Part shown: in pieces, positions 58,331 through 64,000 of the stretch
How positions within the stretch are numbered: position 1 is the stretch's first letter
How the letters are laid out: each line of letters starts with the position of its first letter
Assembly (NCBI RefSeq): GCF_009914755.1
Contig: NC_060933.1
Length of the DNA: 64,000 nucleotides
Source of the DNA: the human T2T-CHM13v2.0 reference genome, Homo sapiens
Strand: one strand, 5' to 3'
Made by a program: the position numbers and the translations under genes
Notes under the pieces: generated by a model
What the model saw: the letters and a program-made list of their open reading frames with translations, nothing else
What the model was told of the DNA's origin: nothing
Database searches by the model: none

Positions 58331-59008
58331 GAAGCGGGTGCTTGCAAGGATCTCAGGGAATATTAACCAAGCCTGTCTTTGCAGACGGTGGAAGGGAAGG
58401 GAGTGACATTTGGTCCTTGCCCAAGGTCACATGGCTCTTTGGTGGCAAGGCATTTCCCTAAGTGTTCCCCTGCTCCTTTCCATTGTCTTTTCATTCTCCT
58501 TCCAGTACATCTGTCTGCTTCTCTCTTTCTCCATGGCTTTTTCTTCTTCTATGACTCTTCCTAGTCATAAAATGAAATGGAGATCTTTAAAACCAAAGCC
58601 ATGTGTACACTCACTGCTTTCTCATTCTTATCCACAATTCCAGAGTTTTTTTATTGGGCCTCATTGTTCTCATTTACATCCTGTGACTTTTCACATGAGC
58701 CCTCTGCTTAGATCATAAATCCGTGTACATTCCTATATCTCACCCCAAGAACACGCTGCACTCTTGGTGGTGCACTCTTTTTTTTTTTCCATGTGTCTAC
58801 ATTAGCGTCTCTTTCACGTGCGGTCTGAGAACTACTTTTAGCAGAATCACCTGGCCCTCTGCCCAGCCTCATGACTACATGGGGGTGGGTGTTGAAAACT
58901 TGCATTTTATTAAGCTTCACTGACTGGTCTAATGGCTCTGAATGTTTGCGAAACACAGACCTGAGTCCTGCCCTTCCTGAAGGGCCACACTAGTTCCACC
59001 GACACTAG

Positions 59009-59194
<186 letters not shown>

Positions 59195-61032
59195 TAGTAG
59201 AGACAGGGTTTCACCATGTTAGCCAGGATGGTCTCGATCTCCTGACCTTGTGATCCGCACACCTTGGCCTCCCAAAATGCTGGGATTACACACATGAGCC
59301 ACCGCGCCCGGCCGATATAGCCTCTTCTAACCACAAGAGCCTCACTCCCCCTGGAGACTCCTACTTTTAGTATTGCTGCTTCTTGTATCCTATCCTGTTA
59401 GCATGATTCAAACGTTAAAGCCAAGAGGAAGAAGGAAGAGAATGAGGTGATGAATACTGGTCATGTACCGGATATTCTGCAAGGCTCAGTGACGCACTGT
59501 TGACCATGTTTCACAAGTAAGAAAATTAAAGTTTAAAATGTTGGGTAATGTGTTCAGGGTCACACAGTTAATAAACGGTGGAATTAAACTGCTAGCCTTG
59601 GTCTTTTTTTTTGTTTGTGCTCCAGTGCCTCTGTTCTCATGACACAGACTTTATTCAACATATCCTCAGGGTTGAGGCATAGCATCTTTGCATTTGCTGC
59701 ATCTCAAAATATGTTCCTTTTTTTGCAATCATCTGGAATTGATCCTTCACAGATTTCTTTCTCATTTTCTACCCACTCCCTTTAATGTATGTCCTGCTAA
59801 AAGTTCTGTCGTGGTCTCTTCTCTTTTCTCACTCTTCATTCTAACCTCATTTTTTGCACCTATGTGCCAGATGCCTGAATCTATCTCAAGCCAGGATTTC
59901 CCTGTTGAGCTTCAAACCCATATGCCCCAATGCCTAGTGTCAGTTCCATAGGGACTAAAATCCAACTAGCCGGACTTTGTTCCTTGGCCTCACTTCCAAG
60001 CACCTTTTCTTACCAACCACTTCAGCTGCGGTAGCAGATTCTGTGGGAAGCCTCTTTCAACATGTTCTCCAGCCTGTATTTGGTGGACCTCCCCAGTGCA
60101 GAGGCTCCCATGATCCTTTTCTATTCTACCCCTTAATTTCTCAGGGCCCCAGGGCTTAGTCCTAATCCCTCTTTCCTTCACTCATTCCTTAGGTGGTCTC
60201 ATTGAGTTTAAAGGCATTTTCAAGCGTAGATTTTACTGATGGATCTCAAATATCTCTCTCTCCAGCCAGATCTCTCCCCTGGGCTTCAAACTTGCATATC
60301 CTATCACACATTAGCCATCTTCATAGGGGCGTCTAATCAGTGTTGCACACTTAATATGTCCAAAGAGAATACTGAGGTCCCTGCTGCCTGCTGTGCTCAC
60401 CTTGCATGTGGTGCTTGACTGACCCTCCCAGCCCTTTCAGGTTTCTGCTCATAGACGCCTTGCTCTGCCCACCTGTCTCAAATAGACACCCACCATCACC
60501 CTAACCCACTTAATTTTATTTCCATAACATTTGCTTTCTGAAATTAGGTGATTTATGGTTTCTTGTCTCATTCTTCCACTGTAAGATCTCTGAGAGCAAG
60601 GACATGTTCACTGCTGCCCCCTGGTACCTAGCAGGGTTCTTGTACATAGGAAGCGCAAGCAGTATTTCTTACTTTTTGATGCTCACTGCCACTTTTCTAG
60701 CACAGGCCATTATTTCTCACCTGGCTTGCTGCAAAAGTCTAAATGCTTTCTTTGCTCCAGTTCCAATTATTTTCCAAGCTGAAGCCCATGTGATCTTTTG
60801 AAAACACAGAACTGTTTGTCTGCTGCCCTTTTCAGACCTTTCAGGGAGGTTCTGTCTTAGTTTGGTTGGACCTTCTGTCTCAAGCAACAGAAATGCCTGA
60901 GCTTGCTCAGGCAATATGAATTTTCTTTTTCAGCTCAGCATGGTCTTGGTCTCTCCCTGTGGTCACCAGACATGCCACGATTCTCTTGTACCTCAAAGGC
61001 CCTGGCGTACGTGGACCTCTCTATTTAGAAGC

Positions 61033-61432
61033 TGTATTAGTCAGGGTTCTCCAGGGAGATAAGACTGATAGATGTGTGTGCATATATAGAGAGAGGGAGA
61101 GATATTTATTCTAAGGACTTGGCTCACATGATTGTGGAGGATGGGAAGTCCAAAGTCTGCAGGGTAGGCAGACAGGTTGGAGACGCAGAGAAGCACTGCA
61201 GTTTAAGTCTGAAGGCAGTCAGCTGGCAGAATTCCTTCTTTCTCAGGGAGGCAGTCATTTTTCTCTTAAGGCTTTCAACTGAATGAGGTCTCCCACCTTA
61301 TGATGGGTAATTGGCTTTACTCAAAGTCTACTCATTTAAATGTTAATCTCATCTAAAAAATATCTTCACAGAGACATCTAGAATAATGTTTGACCAGACC
61401 TGGATATTGTGGCCTAGTCAAGTTGACACATC
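61033..61432 (-). mobile_element. MLT2 (ERV-L) solo LTR
   Basis: 'tgtattagtcagggttctccag...ttggctcacatgattgtggagg...caagttgacaca'. Confidence 0.85.
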
Positions 61433-61539
61433 AGAAAACCTTTTCCCTCCAACCTCCGAACTCTTCTGGTTAATTTCTTTCAGATATTGGCTTAGATACC
61501 TCCTTTGAGAGCCTTTTATGACAACATGGGGGTAGGTGT

Positions 61540-63163
<1,624 letters not shown>

Positions 63164-63651
63164 TAGACCTGCCTTTTTGTATTTGTCCTGCTAATTGGAG
63201 AATTAGGATTTGAGGTTCAATCAAAGGAAGATACAGCATGACTTACAGGTGCTGATCTGCATGGGTCAATGAAATGTGCAAGATAATATGTGTCCATCAA
63301 GAGGTACAGCCACCTCCAATGCCTGCACTTCTAGGATTTGCACCCCCATGGAGCAGCCACTGGGAGAGAGAGAGGGAAGGACTTTAAACAGTCCGTACTG
63401 GGATGGCCCCACACCTCCTCAAAGATGGGGATGTTTTACTATGTTGCCAACATCATACATCAGCTAGCAGTTTTAGCCATAAAGATATTAGCATATGAAT
63501 CCTTCACTGCAGAAAATCAAGAACTAAAAGATGGCTCCCTATTTACTTAGCTTGCAACCTTCAGTTCTTCAGACTATTTCTTTCTGTCCAAAGTCCTCAG
63601 TTAGATACAGAATTGTTTGTGGAGCTCTGGGGTCAATCATCAACCATCCTA

Positions 63652-64000
63652 TGATTACAGTAGGTAGTCAGGCAGACATGAGCAGAGCAGGAGAGGGCCA
63701 CCCCACCCCCTACTGGGAATGCCAGGTGACCATCAGGTGATGGTCAGGTGGTTGTTAACTGTTGTGCTAAAATACTAATTGGTTGCAGCTGGTACCAGGG
63801 ACCGACATTCTTCCAATAGATAGAAAAACCTGAAACTGGTAAAACCTGAAACTGGTGATTAGCTTCCTGATGAGATCTCAGGAGTTGGGTGAGTGGGGTT
63901 GGGCATGCGCACTAAGAGGCAAAATGGTGACGTTTAACTGGTATATGATCTTCCTCTAGGAGCATTTGACTGGTAAGGGACGAAGGCCTCAAGTGAGCAT
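63652..64000 (+). mobile_element. MER50-like ERV1 LTR, running off the window
   Basis: 'agtaggtagtcaggcagacatgagcagagcaggagagggcc...gaccatcaggtgatggtcagg'. Confidence 0.7.

Overview
Primate (human-like) genomic DNA, very rich in repeats. I can support no intact protein-coding gene, tRNA, rRNA or CRISPR array. The window holds roughly 50-55 Alu copies or fragments, old L1M/L2/MIR relics, hAT MITEs (MER5, MER1B) and a piggyBac MITE (MER75A). It also has many solo LTRs (MER4, MER41B, MER57, MER31, MER50, LTR1-like, MST/MLT) and two decayed ERV-L proviral remnants (~4.9-12.95 kb with both LTRs, and ~50.4-54.8 kb). The only cellular-gene-derived sequence is a minus-strand HSPB1 (HSP27) retrocopy at ~24.4-24.8 kb. 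It looks 5'-truncated and semi-processed, and a +1 insertion creates a new 75-aa ORF; from memory it is probably HSPB1P1 on 9q21. The most notable structures are a spacer-less palindrome/template-switch cluster at 41.25-41.54 kb, a divergent pair of CTCF motifs (41.8 kb and 56.0 kb), a 5'-only L1PA with no poly(A) or TSD, a MER41B with one intact GAS site, and an old local copy of microsatellite+L2 sequence inside a MIR. I found no convincing evidence of a new biological system. Repeat subfamily names come from recalled consensus sequences and need RepeatMasker/Dfam confirmation.
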